From NCBI GenBank assembly GCA_951406725.2, contig OX597820.1, positions 37,510,001-37,574,000 of the forward strand: a DNA stretch of 64,000 nt, written 5' to 3'. The notes below the pieces were generated by a model that ran no database searches, was not told the DNA's origin, and was given only the letters and a program-made list of their open reading frames with translations. This stretch comes from Octopus vulgaris. Taxonomy: Eukaryota. This document shows positions 50,288-64,000 of the stretch, one piece after another. The position numbers and the translations under genes are program-made. Numbering within the stretch: the first letter of the stretch is position 1; the number at the start of each line of letters is the position of its first letter.

Positions 50288-51808
50288 ATGGGCTTCTTTC
50301 AGTTTCTGTCTACCAAATTCATTCACAAGGCTTTGGCTGGTCTGGGGCTGTAGTAGAAGACATTTACCCAAGGTGCAATGCAGTGGGTCTGAACGCAGGA
50401 CCATGTAGCTTAGAAGCAAACTTCTTACCAAACAGTCTTAACTAACATTTCTTTTAACAGTTCGTCAGAGGAGGAGAGTGCATAACTGGGTAAAATGATG
50501 CTGATAATGCCCAACATGCAATATCTGCTGTAAAACTGTTGAGTGGAAGGGTGAAAAAAATTGGGGACCCTGTCTGAATGTTTGCAACAAATGAAAACTC
50601 TACTGAAGCCCCCCCCCCCAAAAAAAAATGGGAAAAAAATAAATAAAGTGGTTGTGGATTTTATGAACCAGCCAGGTGACTTATTTCATCTTACTTTTAA
50701 ATACTAAATAGTTAAAGGGTATTCTATAGGGAACCTCCATGTTTTAATAAACCTCTTTTTAAAATTTTCTACAATGAGAAAGCAGGGGTTATGCTCAAAG
50801 CTATTTTATAATTTTACACTGCAGTCATTGAGGTAACTGGTTGCACTTATTGATGATCAAAGAGTGCTGAGCTTCTTGTGAGCTAGACAAATTTATTTCA
50901 GGACTGAACCATTATGGTTATTGCATGAGCAAGTGTGATTCTGTGGTTGTGATTGTGTGTGCATGTTCAAGGTCAGCTTGTGTGTGCATGTGGGAGCTAT
51001 GTGTGTACATAAATATAAACTTGCAGGAGTTTTTCCGTGTGTATGTATAAGTATGTAATTTGTGTGTGGTGTGTGTATGTAAGTAGGTTGTGGGTGTGAG
51101 TATATGTGACATGGGTTGTAGACTGTGTGTATGTGCATGTATGTGTATCTGAACATGTGTAAAGAATTACTCAGATGTGGGTGGTGAATGGTAGATAGTA
51201 TTGTTTTTTGGCGTAGGATGTTAGTTCATAAGTAGTTTCTTAGTTTTAAATTGATAATATAGTAGAAAATTGTATTTGTGATTCTCAACATATGTCCATA
51301 GAAAAGTTTTGGTGGATTGGGGTGGGTGGATCGTTGATAAGGTTTTTATATTTGAGTACAAGGTCACTTTAAATATTGTCACTTGCTAACCTGCGTTGGT
51401 GTGTGTATGCAGGTGTTGTGTGTATCTGAATTTGTGCACGAGTTTGTGTGTATCTTCATGTTATCTTCACGTGTTCTGTGTGTGTGTGTGCTTGCACATG
51501 CTTATTTATATGTATGTGTGTGGGTGTGTGTGATATGCATTTGCACTATTCTAGGTAGACTAGGCCATATATTTTGGTTGGAGAAAGTTTCCCAAGTAGG
51601 ATTTGGCTAACAGCTGAACAGAAAGAAGTTTTGTCTTATAATTGATTGGATAATCTCATTAATTAAAAGTATCCAACTCCCTATTAATTACATGTGGTGA
51701 TGTATCACATTGAGGTTATATGCACCAGGCTTCACATGAAGGTCCAACTTTTTATGGCATGAGTACAAAACAAAAAAAAAAAATTTAACAACACTTATTT
51801 TAGTGCTG

Positions 51809-51850
51809 TTGACACTGCCAGATTGACACTGCCAGATTGACACTGCCCAG
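51809..51850. repeat. 3 x 14-bp tandem repeat (ttgacactgccaga)
   Basis: Directly visible; followed by the inverted motif gtgtcaa. Confidence 0.85.
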
Positions 51851-53059
51851 GTGTCAAAACCATAATGATATCTGTGGGGCAGCTGATGATGGAGGTATGT
51901 TGGATTGTTGACATGACTGTTTTTGTATATGTGGAAAAGTATTATAACACATCCTTTTGATATATACACACACACATGCATGCACACACACATACACAAA
52001 TCCTGTGGCAATCACAGAAAGCTTCTCCAGTGGGCCCAGCTACCATACCACATAGTAACCCAATACAGAAGAGTATAATGTAGAGTTCTATACAGCTGAA
52101 ATCCAGGCGATCCAATCTATGAAATTATTTCTTAATAGTTGTATGGATCATAAAAAGCCAGGAGGTATGAGAAGTGAATATATTTATTTCACCACTTGAT
52201 ATTCATAAGATGATGGTTGTTTCACACCTTTTATCATGTAATAATTTCAGTGTATAATAAATTATTTTACATGTCTGCACCAATATGCATGCTGCACATT
52301 GCACAGTACTATCCATACATTTACAAACCAATGCAGATATAGAAGACTAGCTCTTCAGATCAACAGAATATTATGGTTAAATCAATGCTTTAACTTGGCT
52401 GTGTACAAACAAAATCAGGATGTAAATAAATATATTCACCTCTCATATCTCCTGCCTTTTTATGATGTTGAACTGTTAACCTTTACACATTTTTGTCTCT
52501 CTCCGTTTCTTTTTTTTCATTCCCTCTCTGTTTTTTTCCCTAAATTCTTTCTGCCAAAGAGCATAGGGTTGAAAATTAAGACTTTTCCATTCTTCCTTAG
52601 TGTTATACTAACACACCTGCTTGTTGTTCTTTCACTTGTTTTCATCTTTTGTTTTCTGTAAATTTGAACTACACACACACAAAGTTCTTTGTGCACAGTT
52701 AGCTATGTAATTGCTACTGGTGTATTTAGAACTCCACATAGTTTATTGTCATCTAGTCAGTTGGAAGCAATATGGTATGGTTACTACTATACTTATTAGA
52801 ATCAGTAGTCATCAAATCCATGGCAAATATAGGAAAAATGTGATGATGATGACAATGACTTCACCCATTTCTGCTGTTGTTGTTTAAAGCAGGATAAGCT
52901 ATGCTAGCCATAGTTATCATGCTGAACATCAGGTCATATTAAATGTTGTATATTGGAGATTGGAGAACAGAGATTCCAGGTATAGTGTAGTGAAATGCAT
53001 CTCAATTGCAGCCCCAATACTTATGTGTGACCCTATCATAGTTTAGAATATAGGCTTAC

Positions 53060-53292
53060 TTTCTTTTACTTGTTTCAGTCATTGTAGTGAGGTCATGCTG
53101 GGGCACCACCTTGAAGGGTTTAGTTGAACAAGTCACCCCTCATTACTTATTTTATGTCTGGTACTTATTCTGATAGTCTCTTTTGCTGACCTGCTAAGTT
53201 ATGGGAACCTAAGCAAACCTACACTGGTTGTCAAGCAGTGGTGGGTACAAACTCAGCGATACACACATATATACATGTGTGCATACGTACAT

Positions 53293-53337
<45 letters not shown>

Positions 53338-53795
53338 CGACTGGCCTCATCTGATCGTGACTGTTGCCAGCCTCGCCTGGCCCCCGTGCTGGTGGCATGT
53401 AAAAAGCACCATCCAATCGTGGCCCGTTTGCCAGCCTCGTCTGGCACCTGTGCCGGTGGCATGTAAAAAGCACCCACTACACTCACAGTGGTTGGCGTTA
53501 GGAAGGGCATCCAGCTGTAGAAGCATTGCCAGATCAGACTGGGCCTTATGCAGCCTTCTGGCTTCCCAGACCCCAGTTGAACCGCCCAACCCATGCTAGC
53601 ATGGAAAGCGGACGCTAAACGATGATGATGATGATACACATACATACATATATTCTTTCATTTTCCATCTACTCACAAGGTTTGGGTCAATCCAAGGTTA
53701 CAGGAGAAAATGCTTGTCCAAGGTGCCATGCAGTGAGACTTGAACCCAAGACCATATGGGAAGCAAGCTTCTTAATCACACAACCATACCTGCAC
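53060..53795 (-). mobile_element. SINE family B split by a plus-strand family C copy (53340-53635) inserted at its internal microsatellite
   Basis: Family B halves flank the insertion. The family C copy has an internal ~66-bp tandem duplication (tgccagcctcg...ggtggcatgtaaaaagcacc x2). Confidence 0.85.
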
Positions 53796-54234
53796 ATATC
53801 TGACTTGCTAAGAAGTTTTCACATCAGCATGAAATTTGCGATCATATGATTATGATGTGAAGTCCCCAGCCGCTTGGCCATGTCTTTGCTTATTTGGGTC
53901 TTAACATTCGGTTGTCTATGTATTGGTTCACTTAGATGTGACAGTATAAGGTACAAGATTTTCTGGTAATGTTACATGAAATTGGCTGGTCATAATCGTC
54001 TCGTAAAAGAGAGGATAGGTTATATTTATCTCTTGTATACTATATCATGAAATTTGATCCAAGTGTCAACTGTTCAAACCACTGCTTTTCCATCTCAGAA
54101 ATCATGTACATTTTAACACTTGGATAGCTTTCTTTACTTTACTGGTTGTGGCTTGTGTGTGTGTGTGCATTCATGTGTGTAAGATCTTGCCTGTGCAAGT
54201 TTTTGTTTGGATGTGTATCTATTCTATCTATGCT

Positions 54235-54295
<61 letters not shown>

Positions 54296-55159
54296 TTGTA
54301 TGTGTGTTTGTGTATATCTGTATGTCTCTGCTCTAGTGTAGGTCTGCATATTTATTGCTTCATAAATATATTTACAGCTGTTAATGTCTGAAATATTTTC
54401 TGGCTTCATCAGAGGAGACTCAATATTTGTGATGCAATCTTGGCTCTCTGGTAAATGGAGTGTTTCCTTAAGTTGTCAGAGATTGTTAGCCAATAAAATA
54501 TCATGAGAAATGTTTGGGCAGCCTGTGTTGTTGTTAATGAGGTGTGACTGGTTCTTAATTTTTTTTTTTTTGTACTTTCTCTCTTGTTCACAATTCTAAC
54601 TTCAACCTTTTCTTGCATATAGCAAAAAGCCCTGCCGAAAAACAAAACAAACTAACCAATAAAAAAACAACCTGTATATAAGACAATTTATTTTACATAA
54701 TGTTACTAGTGTTATGTTAATCTAGCATTATTAGCATTCTTAAAAATCAACATTAAAGAAAATAAGATACATCTAGCAAAAAACAACAAAGAAAAGCTCT
54801 TCAAATAATGGTAAAGAATTTTTCCATATTAAAACAAATGCCCCACTGGAATCTTCAGTTTTCTTTCTGGAATCCTAACATCCTTGGCAGGGAAATTTCC
54901 CCTGCCTGGTTAAAAAATAGGATGTTATCTATCATACAGGATGATTCCCATTGAACTGTGTCAGTGACTGTTTGATTCCTGATTAATCCAGCTCATTTCA
55001 TTTCTTTCTTCATTTGTTTAGTCCCAGGTTAGCCCTAGTGAAGCAGACATTTGATCAAAGGTGTTCCAGCTATTATAACTCCATCTTTTCATACAACTTC
55101 AACTGCATTATTTAATGTATTGTTTCCATATTTTAAAGCAGTGTCTTCAGTTATTTTAG

Positions 55160-55485
55160 TTTGTCTTCATTTACACATTTCAGTCGTTGGACTATGGTCT
55201 TGTTGGGGCACTGTCTTGAAGGGTTCTAGTCAGCACTTACTTTATCGGTATCTTTTGCTGAACTGCTAAGTTATGGAGATGTAAACAAACCAACTCTGGT
55301 TGTCAAGCAGTGTTGGGGACAAACACATACATGTTGTATCTTCCACACAGTTTCCACCCACCAAATTCACTCATAAGGTTTTGCTCAGCCCAGATCTTTA
55401 GTAAAAGACATTTGCCCAAGGTGCCATGCAATGGGACAGAACTCCAAACCAGCAAGCTTCTTAATCACACATCTATTCCTGCATC
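55160..55485 (-). mobile_element. SINE family B copy (decayed)
   Basis: Reverse complement of family B. Confidence 0.7.
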
Positions 55486-58400
55486 TATGATACTAAAAAT
55501 CCACTTCAGTGTAGTTTAGATGCTATTTCTTGTAGGTTGAGTACTGAATTTATAGTTTTTGTCAACAACTTGAGGAAGAATTAGTTCTGCTAACCTAGAT
55601 TACTTTTTAAACACCATATAAAACTGAAACCTTCAGTGCTAACCCCTAAAACTTAAGGATCGTGACCTATTTTTATTTCAGTATTTACTATGGGGGTGTA
55701 GTGTTTATAGGGTTGTTTCTTTGAAAAGCTGTTTCCTCGTGTGTTCGAGGTCATGGGTGAAGTTGGTGTCAGGCTGATCTTGCAGAGCAAAATATTTTGG
55801 GATTTGGCAGGTTTAATGTTGCTCTGGTTCCTAATTCTAAGTCTAAGCCTATGTGTTTAACCCCCAGGTCACTCCTGTTGGAGGAAACCTATGTCCAAAG
55901 ACATTTCAATAATGAACACCTCATTTTTACAAGCTTAATTAATTTTGAACTACATTATCCATTATGTGGTTTTCTTGTTTTTAAAACTTATAGTTATTTG
56001 AGAGAGATTTAACTGATATTTTTAGCAGGACAAGCCACCACTTTGTGTGTGTTTTAGCAGTGGTTATGGTGGTAAATCCTCTATACATTTCATTTCCCTT
56101 ATACAAGGCGGTGAGTGAAAGAAAATAATAGAATTCAGTTCAAATGAAGCATTACTAAAACAACACTCCCACAAACCCCACTCAAACAAAAATGTTTGTG
56201 AACTTAGGTAGAAGAGAAATTTAAGCCCCTTAAATGTATTATCATCTAGTTTTCTGAGGAAGTATAAGAATTATATAGAATAATTGAAGTATAAAAATGT
56301 TTGCAATTTTAGATTAGAAAGTTAACTCTTGGGTGAAGAAGGACTATGATCTGGTTTTAACTCCTGATATGAGTTATATATCATGCTTCAGTATTCCCTG
56401 CAACTGTGCTAAATGTTCATTCATGCAGCATTAGGGTTCTAGTTGCACCCAGTCAACTCTGCTTGAGAAAATCTAATGTTCAGAGGCAAACAACATATTG
56501 GGTATACTGAAATTGCAGTTTAGTAAATAAGAGCATTGACAATTCAAAGGAATACGCTACCTTGAAGCAAATTAATATTCTGATTGAATGAAAGAGTCAT
56601 TGGACTTGTAGCATAGAAACGATATATTCATTTTGAATTTAAAATAAGTTGTATGTGCATATATGACATCCAAAGGCAGTCGGAAAATGCATTGATTTAA
56701 TCATGGTATTGAGAGATTAAATCAAGACAAAATCAAAATTTCATGAATCTGTTCTGCCATAAAGAAATGTTTTGGCTAGTCCAAAATGTGCCCAAATTGA
56801 GCAACCCTATGATCATAAGTGTTCCAGCCATTAATATTTCAGCTGTTATTTTCAAACATATTATGTCTATGAATTTTACATTATTGTGTCATGAGGGTAA
56901 TTTAACCACTATTTCTAGAGAAAGAAAAGTAATTTATTTACTGCCTAGCATATTGCAACCCTCTCAATAAGGGATCAACACTAATGACTTAGTTTTTTGT
57001 TTCTGAAATATTTTCTTGTTCTATATTTTTTAAACATGTTTAATGTGTAACTGATATCAAAATTAAATTACATCTATGACATACCATAAAAGCATAATTA
57101 GTTCACAAACAAAAATTTCACTTGTTTGTTGATCACATGATATGTTTACATTCTTTCTATCCTATCAGGTATCAGTTTGTTGGTTGCTCAGTTATGTGTA
57201 TAAGTACATACTCAGCCTTTTAAAATATTTTATTTTAATGGTTTCAGAAGACAGGAAGAAAGCCTTCTGTAACTGATTGTACTGATGTGGTTGTTGCTTA
57301 GCTTTAACAGCTGCATGTCAACCCATTTAAGGAAAGATGATTGCTAAGGGAATTGCAAGGGGTTGACATCTTGTAGAGGAAGTATTGGGGAAATTGGTTT
57401 GTGTTAGGACTTAAGGAGAGAGGGACAAGAAGAAGAGTCTCAGGTGAGGTTGAAGAGATGTCACATGTAACTAAATTGCTCTGAGGTGTGTAGATGCCAT
57501 TACAATAGTGGTAGAAGATAACACATATGGGTCTGTGGTGTGGGCTAGAGGATGGTGCATGTTAATTAGTGGGTCCTTCCTAACAGCTGGTTAGCTTTTG
57601 CTGATTGCTCCACTATATATATATATGTGTGTGCACACACTGTTAGAACAAGTTTGTGTGCTTTGGTTGCTTATTATGTCATCACTTGTCACATCAGACC
57701 TTCTTTCTCTTCAGCTTTCCCTAAAAGACCTCCATCCACAGTTGTCACTTTCTAGCCTTTATGTTTTGTTTATGCCTCAATTATGAGGTGGGATCACACC
57801 CCATGATCTTTGCAGATCCTACTCCCATGAGAGCATGTGCCCTCTTTTACTTCATTGTATAATACATGATATGATCTGAATTTAAAAAAGAAATCTACTT
57901 TAGTAGGTATTGTTGTCATCATGTTTGTCATTACCATCGTAGTGAATATTTCTTCCATCCTCGTCTTATTGCCTTTGCTGTTTCTTCTAACCTTCCTCCT
58001 CCTCCTCTCTCCCTCTATCATTGCTATTTTACTTATTATTTCTCTTCTATCTTTTCCTCCTCCTCACCTCTAGCTTGTTCTTCAATAGAACAAGGAAGGA
58101 TAAGTAAAAGTATAAATTACTGTTTAGCTGAAAGGTAAGTTCTTTTCAGATTCAGAAAGCGACTGTGACCTGCTTTTGATTTTGTGTGTGTGTTTCTTTG
58201 TGTCACTTTGTGCCAGTGTCTTTAAGAAAAGGAACAACTGTCACACTGCATGCTTGCTTTCCTTTTTCCTATAAATCTGGTGCATTCTGCCAAGTCAAAA
58301 GAAACCAGTCGATATTTATGAAGAAGAATAATGAAGTTGGTAGAAAGGATTGACTGCTGAAGTAAATGATTTAGTGTATTTAATTTCATCTGTCTGGATT

Positions 58401-61400
58401 ATAGTTTCAAATCTTTCTAGGATCATATTTGCTCTTAATCTTATTGGATAATTATTTTCATACTCATGAGTGTTATAATGTTTTTTTTTTTTTTTTTGGT
58501 GATGTAAACATCATTCTTGTGGGACATTTCCCTACTTTTTACTAACTTAATAATTTCAATGTTAACACTCTGTAGCATGAGCAATTTTAGAATCTTTGAG
58601 TACAAGAAACACAGTGTCTTTAATAAACAGCTTGAAAACTTTAAATAAAAATAAGCAATTAGTCATCTAGTTAGGTTCAGGTAGTTTAACTGATATCATT
58701 TTAAAAATGAAAATACAATTTTTTAAACTTGGAGATAGCAAATGTCTGTTGAATGTATTTCTCCTTAAGTAAAGGTGAAGAACCAAATCTATTCAGTGAT
58801 CAAGTAACTAATTGATCTTTGAATGGATTCTGTTCTTTTCTCTTATTGATTTTTAAGAGAAACACCTTTTTAAATTTTTAACCCTTTGAATTCTCAAACC
58901 ACATGATCTGACTATCCAGTTTACTTTTTCAATTCAAACCATTAAAACCCATTAAAGGGTTTTTTTTTGTTCTTTTCTTTTTTTTTTTTGCTCTTTACCT
59001 TTCACCTACCTTTGATTGCACCTTCCTTCTGTTTTGTTTACTTCTAAGTAGGACACTAATGTGTTCTCTGAGTTTGCTTCCACTCCCTCAATAAATCTAC
59101 TTGATTCACTCACCTACTTCTGTATCTCATCTGACAAACCTTATGCTTAAAACTCTTTATCTAGTCCTCCTCTACTATAACATCTGCTTGGAATTACTAT
59201 GCCACTCAATGTATCTTCAGATATTCACCTGAATATTAATTCCACTCACCCCACCTTACTTCTTCCCAGTCTAGGAGGGTCTTTCAAAAGATTATCAATT
59301 TTTGATCTTCTTCAAACTTGCAAATAAAGTGTGAAAATAGAACCTTTGATACTTTGCACGAGATTTTCAGACTGACACGTCTACTGCATCAACAGAGTAT
59401 CTGCAAGCTAATAATAGAAACTCTACATTGTTACTAGAAATAGTAGGTAAATCTCTTTCAACTAATACTCTGTCTTGTTAAATTAAAGGACACATATTCA
59501 TAAATTCATGGCCTGAATAAAGATGAGACAGTCCCACTTACAACACTTTTGATTATAGATTTTATATTCCACCAGGGTTGACTTGGGGCTAAACAACAAC
59601 TGAAGCAAATAAAGTGTAGCAACAGACAAAGAACAGGATAAATTAGCACTCACTTGGTCAAGTAGAAACTTGATTGAATAGAATTCTCTGACAAATAAAA
59701 GAAATTATCTCTGAATTGTAGCATTTGGAATTTTCCATTAACAAAAAAAAAAATTAAAAAAATTTTTTTTTTTAAAACAGATTTTGTTTCTAAATGGTTG
59801 TCATGTTTCCATGTAATTAGTTATGAATGCCTTGAAACCATCTGTTTTAACATGTTTTCCACCGATCACAGTCACTGTTATAGAGATTATCTATGTAGCA
59901 ATGAATGAACACTGCTATGTTGTTGCTAGACCTGCTGAAATAGCTGAATAGTTAAACTATCCTCAGATAATACTGTGCCATTTTGAAATGAGTTGGACAT
60001 TCATTAATGTAGTCTTAGATATGCAATCTTAGGGACAAAAATAAAAAAGATAGGATGAGCAGAGCCTTTTATTCTAGGTTTGCTCAATCAGTACTGACCT
60101 ATTGTCATATATATTCAAGTAAGAAAGTTAGAGCAACATAATTTTTTTTCTTTCAAAATTCATGATTGTTACAATATATATATTTTTTAAAATCTCTTTT
60201 TCAAGTGAATTTGGATGTCTTCTAAGAAGCTGGTGGCTACTTTTGGTTGATATACTCTTAAAGTATACTGAAAGCCAAATCTCATCCCATGGATAGGACA
60301 CCAGGCTTGCCCATGTTGACTTTTCTTGTGGGCACAACTGAACTCGCCATTGCAATTCTGCAAAACACTTCCTATTTTTTATAGCTAAACTTCTGCTTGT
60401 GCTTCTGTTTTGAGTTGTGAGTTGTATATAATATATCACCACCTAGACATTGAAGGCCTTTGACAGAGTCCATTTTGTTGCAAGAATTAGGGTTGTATCT
60501 CTGATCTGAGAATAACTCCTCTTCCTCTCACCAAACTTAAAGATCTTGAAAAAAAAATCTTGGACTCTGCCCTTTCCTCCTATGGCTAAGACAAAAAAGA
60601 AAGTGGGCTGGTACATTTAATAGTTAAATGTTGTGGACAGAAATTCAAAGTAGTATTGAATTGTAGTGACAGGTTATGAATTCTGAGCTCCTTGCTAATT
60701 GTTCATTTAATGCTTTGTTTTTCCGATGTTAGTATGGGTTTGAATGGGGCTTTATTTGAAGCAAGATGTTATGGCTTGATACTCTTCCCGTTGCCAACTT
60801 TTATCTGCTTTTCAAGTAATGGGTAGCTTTACCCTACAGATCTGTTTCCATTTCCTTTGAGAAGTGAGTGACAAGTGGTTGATAGTTGACAGAATCAGAG
60901 AGAATGGAACATTTGGTAGCATATTTATTTGGGAATGGGACATACTGTCTGTATATTCCCAAAGATTGAGAGAGATTGAGAGAGAGATTAAAAGAGTTTG
61001 ATAAGGATACATTTAATTTAGCATGTAGGGATTGGATGCAATTAAAATCAGTTTAGCATTGTCTTAGAGATTCTTGGAGGCATTTACATAGCATTAAAAC
61101 ATCACACACACTCATCTGCCCAATTATTCTGTCTTTTTCTCTTTCTCTCCCCTGTTTAATGTGTAGGTGTATCTGTTATGTCTAGATTCAATTTTGTGAA
61201 CAATTGAAATGGGTCAATATTTTTAATTTAGATTTTGCTTCAATTAGGTTAGTATTATTTTAGTTTGTGTTATTTGATGTTAATATGTTTCTTTATTTTC
61301 CTACTCTGTTTTATCTTTTCAATTTTCATTTTATTTCATATATAGTTTTATATTTTATTTAGTGTTTTTTTTTCTGCTTTTTTCTTTCAATTCACATACT

Positions 61401-61806
61401 GACATATGTATTATTGGATTGTATAAAAAAGAAACAAAAATGAATAAATATTATCATGTGCCTGAAATATGTTACTTTTAATTAAAGTTCTATTGAATAA
61501 GAATGCAGTCAGCCTATATAGGCAGGTATATTAGAGAAATTTTTTCACTTTTGTTTCAAATTTTCTATTATGCAATTTATTTCTTTTATTATTTCATTGC
61601 TGGAAGTAGACATGTATACTTAATTCACCACATACTATAAACTAGTACTATAAAGTCAGCCTATTTCTGAGACTGTATTCATAGGTTCTCTAATTTTCAT
61701 GGATACACATATACACTTAGTCGCCACTACCATGCATATATACATAAGACCATCTCTCTCTTCTCTAAATCCATCAAAACTTTTGATACACATCTTTACA
61801 TATATA

Positions 61807-62021
61807 TACAAGAGGAAAGTTCCTGGCTTTGGGTAAAAGAAGATACAGAAAAATCAATCAATTATGATTTTGTTCAACATATTTCCCTCTCAGATTCACA
61901 TACTTATTGCAGCGGTCCTTCAGTTTTTGTAAGCCCTGTAAAAGAATTTGGAAGGTTGGACCTCCATCCAAGCCTTTTGCAATACCCTTAAAGCCAGGAG
62001 CTTTTCAGCACCCCTTTTATA
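61807..62021 (+). mobile_element. Mariner-type MITE flanked by TA
   Basis: TIR remnants aaagttcctggcttt / aaagccaggagcttt, TA-rich flanks, and a second copy at 10741-10879. Confidence 0.8.
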
Positions 62022-62915
62022 TATATGTGCTTGTGTATGTGTTACATGTAAACATAAATATGTACATATGCTAGTACATGTCTATGCTTGTGTGCTTTGT
62101 ATGCAGATATTTAGGTGTATATGTAATTATATCTTTGTGGCAATACATCTAAATCTAACAAAGTTTTGGAGCCCACACACCTCTCCTCAACTTATACAGG
62201 ATACATAAAAACATGACAAAGGACACAGCCATTATGTTAATGGTTTTTTGTAGTAATTTGTTGCTTTTCATTCAAGTTCTGTTACATATTAACTGGTGAT
62301 AACTTCCTTTTAGGTATGAGATGCAATCAATCAAACTTCATTTTAGATTTAAAAAACAGACATAAATTCATCTGCCCATTCACTGAATACTCTTATTTTT
62401 TTAGTTGATGCTTATGATAGAAAGATGTGGGAGACAGAAACTTACAACATAGACGACAACCGGGGTGTTTCTATAAGATAACTTGCAGAGAGCTGCTGAA
62501 CTGATCTGTGGCTGGTACAAGTCCCTGGCAAGGAAGGTGAATGGTGATGGAATAACAGCTAAAAGACAAGCTATTGCTTACTGATGTTTCAGTAGAATGG
62601 TGCCATATAACAATTTGATAGGAGCTATAGAAAAATTCTGTCTCTGTATATCAAAAAATATACATGTTCTACTTGTCTTAATGCATCTGAAGGAGTTTAT
62701 AGATATTTGGGCTGCTTAGGTTGCTGCGATTAAGTTTGTTGATGTTTATACTCTCAAATGTTCTAAGCATTCACTTCCATTCCAACCATTCTCAGTTCCA
62801 TATGATGATCTGTCCAATACTGAGTTTCTCTCATTTTACAGGTAAATATTACATCTATGAGATCTATCTGTCTAACCATGCTGAAGTCAATGAGATGACA
62901 TTTTGTTTTGATTTG

Positions 62916-63168
62916 GTAGCATTCCCAAATGATCTGGTGTCTATTGCTATCAACTAAGTGAACATAACTTATCAAAAATAAGAGATTCAGTTTAGACATG
63001 CAAAAAATGCTTGCAGCAGATTTGACCAAATGGCCTAAATATTCCAACAGCTTTTTGCCTTGACCATCAAACCATACCAAGTAAAGATAAAAGTCTGAAT
63101 CTCTTATTTTTGATTGGTTTGTTCACTAAGTTCTTGGGAATAAGTACCAGATCATTTGGGAATGCTAC
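62916..63168. repeat. Nested inverted repeat (~250 bp hairpin)
   Basis: Perfect 23-bp pair 62916-62938 / 63146-63168 and perfect 20-bp pair 62971-62990 / 63095-63114, with imperfect pairing between them. Confidence 0.88.
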
Positions 63169-64000
63169 TTGTGATGAACTAGCATTCATTCCAGGAAAAT
63201 TATATATCTACTTAATGTTATGAAACTGTAGCTCAGCATTTTCCATATAACTTCACCTAATATTTCCAAAACTATCTTTTCTGCTTTCTGAGATATGTAG
63301 AAATAACAACAACTTAACAATTCTAATGTTGGTATGTCACAGAGGGAAGAAGTGAGAGAAAGAGAAAGAGATGGAGAGAGAGAGAGAGAGAGAGATCAAC
63401 TGGTGATACTGACTGACCAGTTTAAATTCCACTAGGTTATAACATAAAAATATTGTGAGGTGTTATGATTTGGATTTTTCACATATTACTCATAACTTTT
63501 TGATAAAAAAGTCTAGAGGTAAATCTTGATGTGTAAAATAAATAACTGTAGTGCTGAAAAATTATCTAGTTATTAGAATGAAGAAATGCATGAGGGAAGA
63601 AAGTTGCTGGTGTATTGGGGTGGGATGTTTTTGCAATGTTTAAGTCTTAAGGTGAAAATGTATGCTGTGAAAGTAAAGCAAAAATGCTGTGATTTGCTCT
63701 GTGGTAGTATCTAGAAAGTGTGTGCATATTTATGTAGATCAGGAGACTTGAAATAATTACACTATCATGTGAGGGAGCTCCCACTGAGAGAAAAATCAAT
63801 AAAGGACAGTAATTATGTATATTTATTTAATTTTTTTTCAGTGTTTCTTGTAACATTTTTTTTTGTACATTAATATGGTTTTAATAAATCTATACATTTG
63901 CATGAGTGCTTGGAGCAGGTATTTTACTTCTTAATGTACTTTCAAACTTTTACATATTTAGGATGTAGAGTATATCAGTCTGTGATAATGAGGTTGTATA

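Overview
AT-rich eukaryotic genomic DNA with no intact protein-coding gene that I can identify. The mix of tRNA-derived SINE families, decayed LINEs and (TA)n/(CA)n microsatellites resembles an octopus/cephalopod genome; this is an inference from repeat style, not a search. Most of the window reads as intronic or intergenic sequence filled with decayed mobile DNA: Tc1, Tigger/pogo, mariner, hAT and piggyBac MITEs, CR1/L2-like, RTE and Tx1/L1-like LINE pieces, and a Ty3/Gypsy pol relic. CpG is depleted overall but retained at about 5.0-8.9 kb, 21.6-22.2 kb and 37.7-38.5 kb, consistent with unmethylated or promoter-like patches. The most striking signals are structural: (1) a ~1 kb non-coding element (6864-7900) built from nested imperfect inverted repeats with a branched three-way fold; (2) a hammerhead ribozyme with an intact core and a very long stem II (20540-20655), plus several related Penelope-type hammerhead relics inside palindromic insertions; (3) several long near-perfect hairpins; (4) a patchy ~1.5 kb duplication that may be an assembly artefact; (5) a 2 kb purine/pyrimidine-alternating array whose repeat unit grows stepwise. 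All alignments, translations and counts were done by eye, and SINE boundaries are approximate.
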